This document shows positions 28,007 through 37,858 of a DNA stretch of 54,689 nt, in pieces. Position 1 is the stretch's first letter, and the number at the start of each line of letters is the position of its first letter. The position numbers were made by a program, and so were the translations under genes. Source of the stretch: Betaproteobacteria bacterium (GTDB lineage Bacteria > Pseudomonadota > Gammaproteobacteria > Burkholderiales > Burkholderiaceae_C). The stretch spans positions 1 through 54,689 of the forward strand of contig RFQA01000001.1 of assembly GCA_009925925.1 (NCBI GenBank), in the 5' to 3' direction. The notes under the pieces are model-generated. The model worked only from the letters and a program-made list of their open reading frames with translations. It searched no databases and was not told the DNA's origin.

Positions 28007-28624
28007 CTAGCGTGTAGCCGGGATCAAGGTGCCGCGAACGCGACCTTGAAGCCGAATCACTTGCTGCACATTGTCATAGTCCATGGCATCTGCGGTGAAG
28101 ACATCGTTGCCGCGCCGCAATTCAACCGGCTTGTTCGACTTCAATTGCTCCGTGTCTATGAAGGCATGCAAGAACTCACCCCGATATTCGGTTCGTACCT
28201 GTTCCGGATTGTTCTTGCTTGCCAGTACCGCTTCGCGCACCACGACCGCATTTCCAATCAACTGCACTTCAGAGCCGTCCTCATTGGTCAGGCCGCGGTT
28301 GGCTGTTGCGGTGGTGAGGCGCCCTTTGGCATCGAAGGACCGGATTCGAATGGCGTCTATCTCCAGCCATTGGGTGTCGGGATAATGGCGGGCCACATCG
28401 CCCATCACCTCTGATCTGAGCTTGCCCGCAGGATCGAAGGACTTCACGCTGAAGCCATGCATGAAGTAGTCCGGTTCGTGCCCCCGTACCCGTTCAGGTG
28501 CATGGGGTTCAACCACAGGTGTACTGCGGACCAACCAATAAGTTCCCAGCGCCAACACCCCCATCACCAAAACGGGGAGGTACAGCATCAGCCGTTCCCA
28601 TGCGCTGTAAAGAAAGTTTTTCAC
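28007..28624 (-). CDS. lptC: LPS export periplasmic protein LptC
   Basis: Single TM, HEPDYFM, RHYPD, jelly-roll strands, L.GRVRG; GTGA overlap with kdsC. Confidence 0.88.
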   Translation of the reverse strand: MKNFLYSAWERLMLYLPVLVMGVLALGTYWLVRSTPVVEPHAPERVRGHEPDYFMHGFSVKSFDPAGKLRSEVMGDVARHYPDTQWLEIDAIRIRSFDAKGRLTTATANRGLTNEDGSEVQLIGNAVVVREAVLASKNNPEQVRTEYRGEFLHAFIDTEQLKSNKPVELRRGNDVFTADAMDYDNVQQVIRLQGRVRGTLIPATR

Positions 28625-29166
28625 GAAAGGTAGGGCTCTAAAAGATCCACATAGCGCCCACTGGCCACCATCAGCAGATCGCAAACCTCACGCACGGCTC
28701 CATGGCCGCCCGCCGCGCTGGTGACATAGTGAGCCCGCCCACTAACTTCCAAATGCGCATTCGCCGGTGCAGCAGCAAAAGCACACCGCAACATCATCGG
28801 TAAATCCGGCCAATCGTCCCCCATGGCGGCAGCCTGCTCCCAGCCCAAGCCCAATGCGTTCAGGATTTCTTGCGCTGCCGGATGCTTGTCTTCAGTGCCG
28901 AAACGGGCCTGTTCGATGCCCAGGGCTTGAAGGCGCAACCGCAGGGCCGGCGAATCCCTGCCGGTCACCACCGCGGGCGTAACTCCAGCCTTTTGCAGCA
29001 ACTTGAGGCCATGGCCGTCCAAGGTGTTGAAACGCTTGCTGGTCTCACCCTCCGCTGTAAAGTGCAATCCACCATCTGTGAGTACACCATCCACATCCAG
29101 AAAAAGAACGCGGATGTTCTGCGCTTTCAGCAGCAGATCCGGCGGTAAATTCAGCAGTGGTTTCAT
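28621..29166 (-). CDS. kdsC: KDO 8-phosphate phosphatase
   Basis: DVDGVLTDG, DGHG, GDDWPD, GGHGAVREVCD. Confidence 0.94.
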   Translation of the reverse strand: MKPLLNLPPDLLLKAQNIRVLFLDVDGVLTDGGLHFTAEGETSKRFNTLDGHGLKLLQKAGVTPAVVTGRDSPALRLRLQALGIEQARFGTEDKHPAAQEILNALGLGWEQAAAMGDDWPDLPMMLRCAFAAAPANAHLEVSGRAHYVTSAAGGHGAVREVCDLLMVASGRYVDLLEPYLS

Positions 29167-30167
29167 CAAATCACCTTGGCCCGCATCAAATCATTGCTAT
29201 TGATAGCACCGCATAAGCGCCCGGCATCGTCCACCACCAGCACACTGGTAATGCGGCGGGCTTCCATCAGGTCAGCCGCGTCCACCGCCAAAGCGTGGGC
29301 CGGGATGGTGCAAGGATTGGCATGCATCACCTCCACCGCAGTCTTGGCACGTAGATCCGTCCCTTGTTCCACCAGCCTTCGCAAGTCTCCGTCGGTAAAG
29401 ATGCCCATCAAAGTCTCGTCTTCGGTCACTACTGCGGTAGCGCCCAAGCCCTTCGTGCTCATTTCGCGCATCAGTTCGCTGAATGTCGCAGTGGGCCATA
29501 CGCGCGGAATCGCGTCCCCAGTCCGCATGACGTCTGATACATGGGTCAGCAGTTTTCGACCCAAGGCTCCACCCGGGTGCGAGCGGGCAAAGTCCTCTGC
29601 GCGGAAGCCCCGGGCATCCAGCAATGCCACGGCCAAGGCGTCGCCCATGGCCAGTTGTGCTGTGGTGCTCGCTGTAGGCGCGAGATTCAAGGGGCAGGCC
29701 TCTTTACTCACGGCGGTGTCGATCCAGCAATCGGCATGCTGGGCCATGGTGCTGCGTGCATTGCCCGTCATGGCGACCAACGGTACTCCCAAGCGCTTGA
29801 GCACTGGAAGAATCGCCGCCACTTCCTGGGACTCTCCGCTGTTGGAAATCATGAGCACCAGATCGGCGGCGGTCACCATGCCCAAATCACCATGACTCGC
29901 CTCAGCAGGATGCACAAACATGGCGGGGGTACCGGTGGATGCGAGAGTAGCGGCAATCTTGCGGCCCACATGACCGCTTTTGCCCATACCCATGACCACC
30001 ACGCGCCCCGAGATCGTCAACACCCGTTCCACCGTCCTCACAAAGCCTTCACCAAGACGACTTTTCAGCCCCTGAACGGCTGCAGCTTCGATGTCGAAGG
30101 TTTCGTTGGCGAGGGCCATGGCGCGCTGCGCATCAAAGCTGGATGCAATGAGGGAAGGTACTGTCAT
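29166..30167 (-). CDS. kdsD: Arabinose 5-phosphate isomerase (KpsF/GutQ)
   Basis: GMGKSGH, HPAEASHGDLG, EACPLNLAPTASTT, HPGGALG, CBS pair. Confidence 0.95.
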   Translation of the reverse strand: MTVPSLIASSFDAQRAMALANETFDIEAAAVQGLKSRLGEGFVRTVERVLTISGRVVVMGMGKSGHVGRKIAATLASTGTPAMFVHPAEASHGDLGMVTAADLVLMISNSGESQEVAAILPVLKRLGVPLVAMTGNARSTMAQHADCWIDTAVSKEACPLNLAPTASTTAQLAMGDALAVALLDARGFRAEDFARSHPGGALGRKLLTHVSDVMRTGDAIPRVWPTATFSELMREMSTKGLGATAVVTEDETLMGIFTDGDLRRLVEQGTDLRAKTAVEVMHANPCTIPAHALAVDAADLMEARRITSVLVVDDAGRLCGAINSNDLMRAKVI

Positions 30168-30210
30168 CCGGGCATTTTATAGAGCGCATGTCTCTTGCTA
30201 GTATCCGTTT

Positions 30211-32199
30211 ATGACCGGTTTAGAAATCACCCTGCTTTACCTCTTCGCCGCCGTGCTGGGAGTGGTGATCTGCCGCACATTGAAATTGCCGCCCATGCTG
30301 GGCTATCTGGCTGTCGGCGTGGTGATTGGTCCCAATGCTCTCGCGTTGTCCCAAAACTCGGAGGCCGTACGGCACCTGGGGGAATTCGGCGTCGTGTTTC
30401 TGATGTTTGTGATCGGGCTGGAGTTCAATTTGCCGCGTCTACGGGCGATGCGCCAGCACGTGTTCGGCTTGGGGCTTTTGCAAGTGGCCTTGACCATGCT
30501 GCTGGCTACTGGGCTCATGCTCGGCCTGTCTATCTGGTTGTCAGGCGCTTGGCATCTGGGTTGGCAAGCGGCGCTTGCCCTGTCCAGTGCGCTGGCCATG
30601 AGCAGCACCGCGATTGTGGTGAAGCTGATGGTGGAGCGGCTGGAAATGGAGTCTGAACACGGAAAACGCGTGATGGGCGTTTTGCTGTTTCAGGATTTGG
30701 CCGTGGTGCCACTGCTGGTGTTGATTCCCGCCCTCAGTGCATCTGGGGAGCGCTTGATGGAAGCGTTGGCGCTCGCGGCCTTCAAAGCCACAGTGCTAGT
30801 CACCGTTTTGCTGGTAGGTGGGCAGCATGTCATGCGCCGCTGGCTGACGGTCGTAGTGCGCCGCAAGAGCGATGAGCTGTTTGTACTCAATCTGCTGCTG
30901 ATCACGCTGGGCCTCTCCTGGCTCACGGAGTTGGCTGGCTTGAGCCTGGCCTTGGGCGCCTTCATTGCGGGCATGCTGATTTCGGAGACGGAATACAAGC
31001 ACCAAGTGGAAACCGACATCCGGCCTTTCCACGACGTACTGCTGGGGCTTTTCTTTATCAGTATCGGGATGCTGCTGGATTGGCGTCTGGTCCTGGAGCG
31101 CTGGCCACTGGTTTTGCTACTGCTGGTGGTACCTACCCTCTTCAAGGCTACGTTGGTAGCGCTGATCGCAAGAGGCCTCGGCGCAACAGCCGGAGTGTCT
31201 TTGCGTACCGGGCTCTATCTTGCACAAGCCGGCGAGTTCGGATTTGTGCTGCTGACCCTGGCCCAGAAAAATGCCTTGGTCCCACCCGAACTGCTGAACC
31301 CCATTCTTGCGGGCATGGTGCTATCGATGCTGGCGACCCCCTTCATCATCATGAATGCCAACCTTATCGTCATGAAACTGGTCAGCAGCGAGTGGCTGCA
31401 ACAGTCCCTGCAAATGACGACGATTGCGCGCAAGTCCATCAACGCCAACCAGCATGTCATCATTTGCGGCTACGGGCGCTGCGGCCAGAATCTGGCACGC
31501 ATGCTGGAGGGCGAAGGGATACCTTATATGGCGCTGGACCTTGACCCGGATCGGGTGCGTCAGGCTGCAGCAGCGGGGGATTCCGTGGTGTTCGGAGACG
31601 CAGCCCGCTTGCAAGCCCTGATGGCAGCGGGTCTTGCGCGCGCCAGCGCCGTGGTCATCACCTATCTGGATACCAATGGCGCTCTCAAGGTACTTGCCAA
31701 CACGCGTTCACACGCACCGCAGGTGCCTGTCATTGTTCGCACCCAGGACGACCAGAATCTGGAAAAGCTACAGGAAGCTGGCGCCACTGAAGTGGTTCCC
31801 GAGGCCATCGAGGGCTCACTCATGCTCGCGAGCCATGCGCTGGCACTGGTGGGTGTGCCCATGCGGCGGGTGATCCGCATCGTTCAGGATCAGCGTGATG
31901 CACGGTACAACCTCTTGCGCGGTTTCTTCCACGGTGCGGATGACAACTCTGTCGATGAACTGCAGAACGAACGACTGGCCACCGTGAGTCTGCCCATGGG
32001 GACGAAATCCGCCGGGAAATTGATAAGCGATTTCGGTCTGGAACGCTTGAGTGTACGTTTGGTCAGTTTGCGACGTGCGGATGGCAAAACTGTCTCACCC
32101 GATGCGCAGACCCGCCTTATGGCGGGTGATACGCTGGTCTTGAGCGGCAAGGCCGTCGAGTTGGCAAGTGCTGAGCAAAAACTGCTCAAAGGTGCTTAA
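30211..32199 (+). CDS. CPA2 monovalent cation:proton antiporter (KefC/YbaL-like) with TrkA-N and TrkA-C domains
   Basis: FLMFVIGLE, SSTAIV, LFQD, GAFIAG, QAGEF, GYGRCG. Confidence 0.92.
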   Translation: MTGLEITLLYLFAAVLGVVICRTLKLPPMLGYLAVGVVIGPNALALSQNSEAVRHLGEFGVVFLMFVIGLEFNLPRLRAMRQHVFGLGLLQVALTMLLATGLMLGLSIWLSGAWHLGWQAALALSSALAMSSTAIVVKLMVERLEMESEHGKRVMGVLLFQDLAVVPLLVLIPALSASGERLMEALALAAFKATVLVTVLLVGGQHVMRRWLTVVVRRKSDELFVLNLLLITLGLSWLTELAGLSLALGAFIAGMLISETEYKHQVETDIRPFHDVLLGLFFISIGMLLDWRLVLERWPLVLLLLVVPTLFKATLVALIARGLGATAGVSLRTGLYLAQAGEFGFVLLTLAQKNALVPPELLNPILAGMVLSMLATPFIIMNANLIVMKLVSSEWLQQSLQMTTIARKSINANQHVIICGYGRCGQNLARMLEGEGIPYMALDLDPDRVRQAAAAGDSVVFGDAARLQALMAAGLARASAVVITYLDTNGALKVLANTRSHAPQVPVIVRTQDDQNLEKLQEAGATEVVPEAIEGSLMLASHALALVGVPMRRVIRIVQDQRDARYNLLRGFFHGADDNSVDELQNERLATVSLPMGTKSAGKLISDFGLERLSVRLVSLRRADGKTVSPDAQTRLMAGDTLVLSGKAVELASAEQKLLKGA

Positions 32200-32262
32200 T
32201 CTTATCGGCGCTTCGGCGCACAATAGCGCGGCGCCACTCTGGCGCCTTTTCTTTGAATTCCT

Positions 32263-32817
32263 ATGCAACACCTCAGCATCAATCAGTACCTCCGTGACCA
32301 TATCCGCACTGTCCCCGACTGGCCAACGCCAGGCGTGCAGTTCCGTGACATCACGCCGCTTCTGCAGGATGCCAAGGTTTTCCGGGTGCTGATTGACGCC
32401 TTTGTGCACCGCTACATGGACCCCGCCATGCGACCGGACGTAGTAGCCGGGCTTGACGCGCGCGGTTTCATCCTTGGGGCCGTGGTGGCCTACGAATTGA
32501 ATATCGGTTTCGTACCCATCCGCAAGAAAGGCAAGTTGCCTTTCACCACGGTCGAAGAAACCTATGAGCTGGAATACGGCAGCGCCACTGTGGAGCTCCA
32601 TACCGACGCAGTGAAAAAGGGCGACCGAGTGCTGCTGATTGACGACCTGATCGCGACCGGCGGGACCATGATGGCAGGCAAGAAGTTGCTGGAGCGCTTG
32701 GGGGCGCACGTCATGGAAGGTGCCGCCATTGTGGACTTGCCGGAATTAGGCGGATCCGACAAGCTGCGGGAAACCGGTCTGCCTTTGTTCACCTTGGTGG
32801 ATTTCGCAGGTCACTGA
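32263..32817 (+). CDS. apt: Adenine phosphoribosyltransferase
   Basis: [33 protein letters not shown]. Confidence 0.96.
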   Translation: MQHLSINQYLRDHIRTVPDWPTPGVQFRDITPLLQDAKVFRVLIDAFVHRYMDPAMRPDVVAGLDARGFILGAVVAYELNIGFVPIRKKGKLPFTTVEETYELEYGSATVELHTDAVKKGDRVLLIDDLIATGGTMMAGKKLLERLGAHVMEGAAIVDLPELGGSDKLRETGLPLFTLVDFAGH

Positions 32818-32838
32818 GCTGTGAAATCGGCGTCGCCC

Positions 32839-33522
32839 TCAGTTTAACTCGCCATATTGGGTGCCACTGAGGGGAGATTGGCGTTCGTCAATCTCTGTAT
32901 CGGTGAATCGGGATGGCTGCGGATTGCGGCGGGATGACTTCATGATCTCGCCGGGCGCCGACAACTTGGCCGGCACCGGCACCGACGCCAGTGCTTGCTT
33001 GAACGCGGCAACTTCCGAGGGTTGCAAAGGTTCGAAGCGACGGGGTGTCGGTAGCGTACGGACATAATCGTCCTGCGTATGCGACAGGCTGGAGCTCACA
33101 TGCTCATTCACCCGCCAGTAGACAGCCGTTACCAACAGGTCATGGCGGGTTTTGGCGATTTTGGCGATTTGTGTTTCTATTCCAGCCAGTCGAACGGGAT
33201 CGCTGACATTGCGGGCCGCCATATCCATCATGATCAGGTACTGGCGTCCGCGAGAATCCAACGACAGCACCTTGAATTTGTAGCTGCTCGACAGCATGCC
33301 GGCGCCTGTCATGGATTCACGCACCACGGCGTACAACAACTCTCGCCGCTCAAGCCGCTCACTGCGGCGGGCAGACGTTATTCCCGATGACGCGACTGAA
33401 GCCGATTTGCTCCGGCCATGGCGCGCAGAGGTATGGTCACCATCTGTATGACCAAGGCCCGAGTGACGGGTGCCGAGTGTGTTGTTGGAACTCGTCCGGG
33501 TGAACCAGCTGAATAGTGACAT
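32839..33522 (-). CDS. Hypothetical protein
   Basis: Clean ORF from MSLFSWF with an ordered core (RRELLYAVVRESM...YKFKVLSLD...AVYWR) and low-complexity flanks; no family recognised. Confidence 0.7.
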   Translation of the reverse strand: MSLFSWFTRTSSNNTLGTRHSGLGHTDGDHTSARHGRSKSASVASSGITSARRSERLERRELLYAVVRESMTGAGMLSSSYKFKVLSLDSRGRQYLIMMDMAARNVSDPVRLAGIETQIAKIAKTRHDLLVTAVYWRVNEHVSSSLSHTQDDYVRTLPTPRRFEPLQPSEVAAFKQALASVPVPAKLSAPGEIMKSSRRNPQPSRFTDTEIDERQSPLSGTQYGELN

Positions 33523-33562
33523 AGGTGAGTGACTCCTGTGCGACGCCAGAGTGTAGTGCAGG

Positions 33563-34972
33563 CTATTTGCCAATACAGAATTTTGAAAAGATGACACCCA
33601 GCAGGTCATCCGCGCCGAATTCACCGGTGATGCTGTTCAGGGCGTTCTGGCCCAACCGGAGTTCTTCCGCCAACAGGTCCAGCGCAGCACTACCGGAGGC
33701 CAGCAATTCCGACGCCATGTCCAAATGCTGACCCACCAGATGCAAGGCCTGTACATGGCGTTGGCGGGCCATGAAAGCGCCACTCTGTGCGGGTTGCCAC
33801 CCTGCCGCTGTGAGCAGGTTTTGCCTCAATGCATCGAGGCCAACGCCGGTCTTGGCAGAGAGAACGATACCCTCCAAACTAGTTTCCGGAGTCACTGCGT
33901 CAGACTTGTTCCAGACATGGATCACCGGTATGGATGCAGGCAGTTTTTCGGCGATAGCGCCCGCTATATCTGCGTCTGCAGCTATGTATTCGATAGCAGA
34001 ACTACGTGTCAAATCATGCAGGAACAGGACGGCGTCTGCGGTTTCAATGGCCTGCCAAGCGCGTTCGATACCGATTTTCTCCACGGCGTCATCACTGGCA
34101 CGCAAACCGGCCGTGTCGATGATGTGAAGAGGCACACCTTCGATTTGGATAGTCTCCTGCACCTTGTCGCGCGTAGTACCTGCGACGGGGGTCACGATGG
34201 CCAATTCAGCACCGGCCAAGGCATTCAGGAGAGACGACTTGCCGGCATTCGGTTGCCCGGCAATAACCACTTTCAAACCTTCACGGAGCAAAGCCCCTTG
34301 GGTCGCTTTGGCCAGTACTTGTTGGAGAGCTTGCTGCAAGCGTTGCAACTGCCCCACCGCGTCCGCTTTCTGCAGAAAGTCAATTTCCTCTTCGGGGAAA
34401 TCGAGCGTCGCCTCTACCAGCATGCGCAAATGAATGAGCGCATCCCGCAAGATGCCGATTTCCTTGGAGAAGGCGCCGGACAAAGACTGACTGGCACTGC
34501 GTGCTGCCGCTTCCGTGCTGGCGTCGATGAGATCGGCGATGGCCTCTGCCTGGGCCAGATCGAGCTTGTTGTTCAGGAAGGCACGTTGGGTGAACTCGCC
34601 CGCCTCGGCGATGCGCAAACCAGGCAACAGAACGCTGGAGACGCCCTCTGTTTGCACACTGTTTGCCAGTGCAATACAGCGGGCGACCAGCAACTGCAAC
34701 ACCACAGGACCGCCATGAGCCTGGAGTTCCAGTACGTCTTCACCTGTGAAGGAATGGGGGCCCGGAAAAAACAAGGCCAGCCCATAGTCAATAGGCTGGC
34801 CTTTTTCGTCAGGGAAAGGGAGATAGGTCGCTTCGCGTGGCCGCAGGGCTTTGCCCAACAAGGCCTGCGTGAAAGCTCCGAGGCTTTTTCCACTCAACCT
34901 TACTATGCCGACAGCGCCGCGGCCTGAAGCTGTGGCGATGGCGGCAATAGGGTCAGAGTGACGTGAGAGCAC
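33563..34972 (-). CDS. mnmE: tRNA modification GTPase MnmE
   Basis: [45 protein letters not shown]. Confidence 0.97.
   Translation of the reverse strand: MLSRHSDPIAAIATASGRGAVGIVRLSGKSLGAFTQALLGKALRPREATYLPFPDEKGQPIDYGLALFFPGPHSFTGEDVLELQAHGGPVVLQLLVARCIALANSVQTEGVSSVLLPGLRIAEAGEFTQRAFLNNKLDLAQAEAIADLIDASTEAAARSASQSLSGAFSKEIGILRDALIHLRMLVEATLDFPEEEIDFLQKADAVGQLQRLQQALQQVLAKATQGALLREGLKVVIAGQPNAGKSSLLNALAGAELAIVTPVAGTTRDKVQETIQIEGVPLHIIDTAGLRASDDAVEKIGIERAWQAIETADAVLFLHDLTRSSAIEYIAADADIAGAIAEKLPASIPVIHVWNKSDAVTPETSLEGIVLSAKTGVGLDALRQNLLTAAGWQPAQSGAFMARQRHVQALHLVGQHLDMASELLASGSAALDLLAEELRLGQNALNSITGEFGADDLLGVIFSKFCIGK
33943..33997 (-). repeat. Dispersed motif, copy H (inside mnmE, sense)
   Basis: Reverse complement: gctat cgaatac atagc tgcag acgc agatatagcgggc gct atcgccgaaaaac; encodes [18 protein letters not shown]. 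Confidence 0.75.
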
Positions 34973-34987
34973 GCTGCGACCGGCCCT

Positions 34988-36685
34988 TTACTTGAACTTG
35001 GGCAGGTTGAACTGCGGTGGCACACCCATGCGGGTGTTGATGATCCACTGCTGCGCAATCGACAGAATGTTGTTGGTAATCCAGTACAGCACCAAACCGG
35101 ACGGGAAGAAGAAGAACATGACGCTGAAAGCCAGCGGCATGATCCACATCATCTTGGCTTGCAAGGGGTCCGGTGGCGCAGGGTTGAGCGCCGTCTGCAG
35201 CAAGGTCGTCAAAGTCATAACAACCGGCAGGATGAAATAAGGATCAGGCGACGACAGGTCGTGAATCCACATGACCCATGGCGCATTGCGCATTTCCACC
35301 GTGGACAACAGCACCCAGTACAAGGCAATGAACACAGGAATCTGGATCATGATGGGGAAACAGCCACCCATGGGGTTGACCTTTTCCTCGCGGTAGATCT
35401 TCATCATTTCCTGCTGCATCTGCTGCGGATTGTCTTTGAGGCGCTCACGCATCTCCATGATGCGCGGGTTCACCGCCTTCATCTTGGCCATGCTGGCGTA
35501 AGCCTTGGCATTCAGCCAATAAAACGCAATTTTCAACAATAGCACCAAAGCTACGATGGACCATCCCCAGTTCTGGATGAAGCCGTGCAGCTTGTCGAGC
35601 AACCAATACAAGGGCTTGGCCAGAATCGTCAACCAGCCGTAGTCCTTCACCAGCTCCATGCCAGGCGCCAATGCCTCCAGCTTTTTTTCTTCTTGGGGAC
35701 CAACAAACAATTTGGCCTCCACTGATTTGGTTTGCCCCGGGGCCACGGTTTCCAAGGGCGTGATCATGGTGGCCCGGTAGCAGCAATCAGCGACGGTCGC
35801 CCCCACATCTTTGGCATCCAGAGAGAAGGACCGCTTCACGTCCGCAGGCAAAAGCCAGGCACTGGCGAAGTAATGCTGCACCATGGCGATATAGCCATTG
35901 GCGCTCTCCTTTTCAAAATCAGCACTCCCTTTTTTGATAGCGCTGAACTCCACCTTCTGGTACTTTTTGTGGTCGGTATAAACCGCAGGGCCTGTGAAGG
36001 TGGAATAGAACGAGGACTCGCCTGCAGGCTTGTTGCCGTCACGTACCAGCTGCAAATACAACTGGGGGTTCAGTGCTGTTGCACCGGTATTGACGACTTC
36101 GTGCTTGACCGCAATGTCATATGCACCACGGCGCAAGGTGTAAGTCTTCACCAGCTTGATGCCACCGGTGTCTTGTGAGGTGAAAACAATCTTGAGTTCG
36201 TCCTGCCCATCTTTGAGCGACTTGTCACCACTTACTGCCATGACCGACTTATGGGTCGGAAAGCTGTCAGGCGCAGCGCCACCGATCAGTCCAGTCTGGG
36301 CTTGGTAGTAACGGTCCTTGGTGTCGTCCAGCAATACGAAATTGCGAGTTTTGTCGTTGGAATCAAGGTACTGCAGGAATTCAGAACGAACCAGCGAACC
36401 ACCCAGAGTGTCAAACGTCAGTTTGAGCACATCGGTGCTGACCTCAAAGCGCTCAGACGCTAGGGCTGGAGCCGATGTGGAGACCGGTGCCTGCCCTGCC
36501 GCCACTGGTGCAACAGGTACGCCTGCCGGAGCACTCACCGCGGGAGCCGGAGCTGAGGCCGCTTTTTGTGCAGGGTTAGGGAAGAAAGTGGCTTGCTTTC
36601 CATTGTGGATCTGCCACTGGTCCCACAAGAGAACCATGGAGAACCCAAAGATCACCCACAAAATGGTGCGGCGAATATCGTTCAT
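34988..36685 (-). CDS. yidC: Membrane protein insertase YidC
   Basis: QHYF, DYGW, NWGWSI, NPMGGCFP, DPYFILP, GLVLYW. Confidence 0.97.
   Translation of the reverse strand: MNDIRRTILWVIFGFSMVLLWDQWQIHNGKQATFFPNPAQKAASAPAPAVSAPAGVPVAPVAAGQAPVSTSAPALASERFEVSTDVLKLTFDTLGGSLVRSEFLQYLDSNDKTRNFVLLDDTKDRYYQAQTGLIGGAAPDSFPTHKSVMAVSGDKSLKDGQDELKIVFTSQDTGGIKLVKTYTLRRGAYDIAVKHEVVNTGATALNPQLYLQLVRDGNKPAGESSFYSTFTGPAVYTDHKKYQKVEFSAIKKGSADFEKESANGYIAMVQHYFASAWLLPADVKRSFSLDAKDVGATVADCCYRATMITPLETVAPGQTKSVEAKLFVGPQEEKKLEALAPGMELVKDYGWLTILAKPLYWLLDKLHGFIQNWGWSIVALVLLLKIAFYWLNAKAYASMAKMKAVNPRIMEMRERLKDNPQQMQQEMMKIYREEKVNPMGGCFPIMIQIPVFIALYWVLLSTVEMRNAPWVMWIHDLSSPDPYFILPVVMTLTTLLQTALNPAPPDPLQAKMMWIMPLAFSVMFFFFPSGLVLYWITNNILSIAQQWIINTRMGVPPQFNLPKFK
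35888..35941 (-). repeat. Dispersed motif, degenerate copy J (inside yidC, sense)
   Basis: Reverse complement: gctat caaaaaa gggag tgctg attt tgaaaaggagagc gcc aatggctatatc; same register, middle blocks diverged. Confidence 0.5.
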
Positions 36686-36954
36686 GAAGACTTCTTCTCA
36701 GATGGGGATTGAATCAAGCGACTGAACAGTCGCGGCGCATTCTCAGGCACGGGATCGTGCCCACCCGCGCACCACGGGTGACAGCGCGCGAGACGCGCAA
36801 CCATCAAATAGCTGCCTATTGTCGCACCGTGCCGCTCAAGCGCTTGCAAGGCGTACACAGAACATGTGGGGTTAAAGCGGCACGCAGAGCCCAACCAGGG
36901 GCTCAACAACAAACGATAGCCTTTGATCAGACCTATCAGCAGCCCCCGAATCAT
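36682..36954 (-). CDS. yidD: Membrane protein insertion efficiency factor YidD
   Basis: SPWLGSACRFNPTCS.Y, RCHPW..GG.DPVP. Confidence 0.95.
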   Translation of the reverse strand: MIRGLLIGLIKGYRLLLSPWLGSACRFNPTCSVYALQALERHGATIGSYLMVARLARCHPWCAGGHDPVPENAPRLFSRLIQSPSEKKSS

Positions 36955-37418
36955 GCCTGGGACTCCGGGAGAGGAGCTGGCCTGCGTGAGGGAGGGGCGC
37001 CAACAACTTGACCGAACAGATCCAGCAATTCCTGCCTGACCGCAGCCTTGAGCGCATCAGAGGTGGCACTCACGAATTGCTTGCGGTCAAAGTCCCGGCG
37101 CAGGCGGATGAGGTGCGCTTTTTCCTTGAGCACCGGAGCAAACTCGACGCCCAAGTGGTACACCTGCCGCTTGATGGTATTGCGCGTTACAGCACGTTTG
37201 GCCCAACGCTTGGGCACCATGGCACCCAGCCAGATCCCGGAAGCGGGAAACACAGGTACAGCTTCTTCAGGCACAGAAAGACCAACAGCGCAGCAATGCA
37301 AAGCAAAGTGCGCTGTTTTTGAAACCGTAGTGCCACCCAGAGCCGCTTGGAACTGGGCGCGCGTTTGAAGGCGCTTGACGGCAGGCGGTCTGCCGGTTTG
37401 CGGTTCCGCGTTCACCAA
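36951..37418 (-). CDS. rnpA: Ribonuclease P protein component
   Basis: RL..RAQF, KRWAKRAVTRNTIKR; between rpmH and yidD. Start uncertain. Confidence 0.9.
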   Translation of the reverse strand: MVNAEPQTGRPPAVKRLQTRAQFQAALGGTTVSKTAHFALHCCAVGLSVPEEAVPVFPASGIWLGAMVPKRWAKRAVTRNTIKRQVYHLGVEFAPVLKEKAHLIRLRRDFDRKQFVSATSDALKAAVRQELLDLFGQVVGAPPSRRPAPLPESQA

Positions 37419-37448
37419 AAGCCGGAAGCTTTGGTTAGCGAAGCCGTC

Positions 37449-37583
37449 TTAGACAGCCAGACGCTTGCGGCCCTTGGCGCGGCGTGCGTTGATCACAGCG
37501 CGGCCACCGCGTGTCTTCATGCGGACCAGGAAACCGTGGGTACGTGCGCGACGGATTTTGGAGGGTTGGTATGTGCGTTTCAT
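37449..37583 (-). CDS. rpmH: 50S ribosomal protein L34 (below the ORF-track cutoff)
   Basis: Manual translation [44 protein letters not shown]. Confidence 0.98.
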   Translation of the reverse strand: MKRTYQPSKIRRARTHGFLVRMKTRGGRAVINARRAKGRKRLAV

Positions 37584-37784
37584 GAAATTTTCCTAACAGG
37601 CTCTGTGGGTATCTGCGCGACCCATCGATGCATTCCACCAACGGCCTAACAGCGCAGATTTCGGTCTTATCGCCCCGAACACAATCAGGGGAACCGCGGA
37701 TTATCGCAAACTTTATCAATCAGGGCAACACCTTAGGGACGAATCAGATTCTTTTGCACGAACTCTGCAACGCGGCCAGCAGAA

Positions 37785-37842
37785 TGTGGATAAAGTATTG
37801 ATAAATTAGAATCCGCTTCGCAGCAAACAACAACTATCCACA
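37785..37842. promoter_or_regulatory. DnaA boxes in the dnaA promoter region
   Basis: TGTGGATAA (37785-37793, perfect) and CTATCCACA (37834-37842, one mismatch) flank a TAGAAT -10-like hexamer. Confidence 0.75.
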
Positions 37843-37858
37843 GAAGCTGACCCGCACA

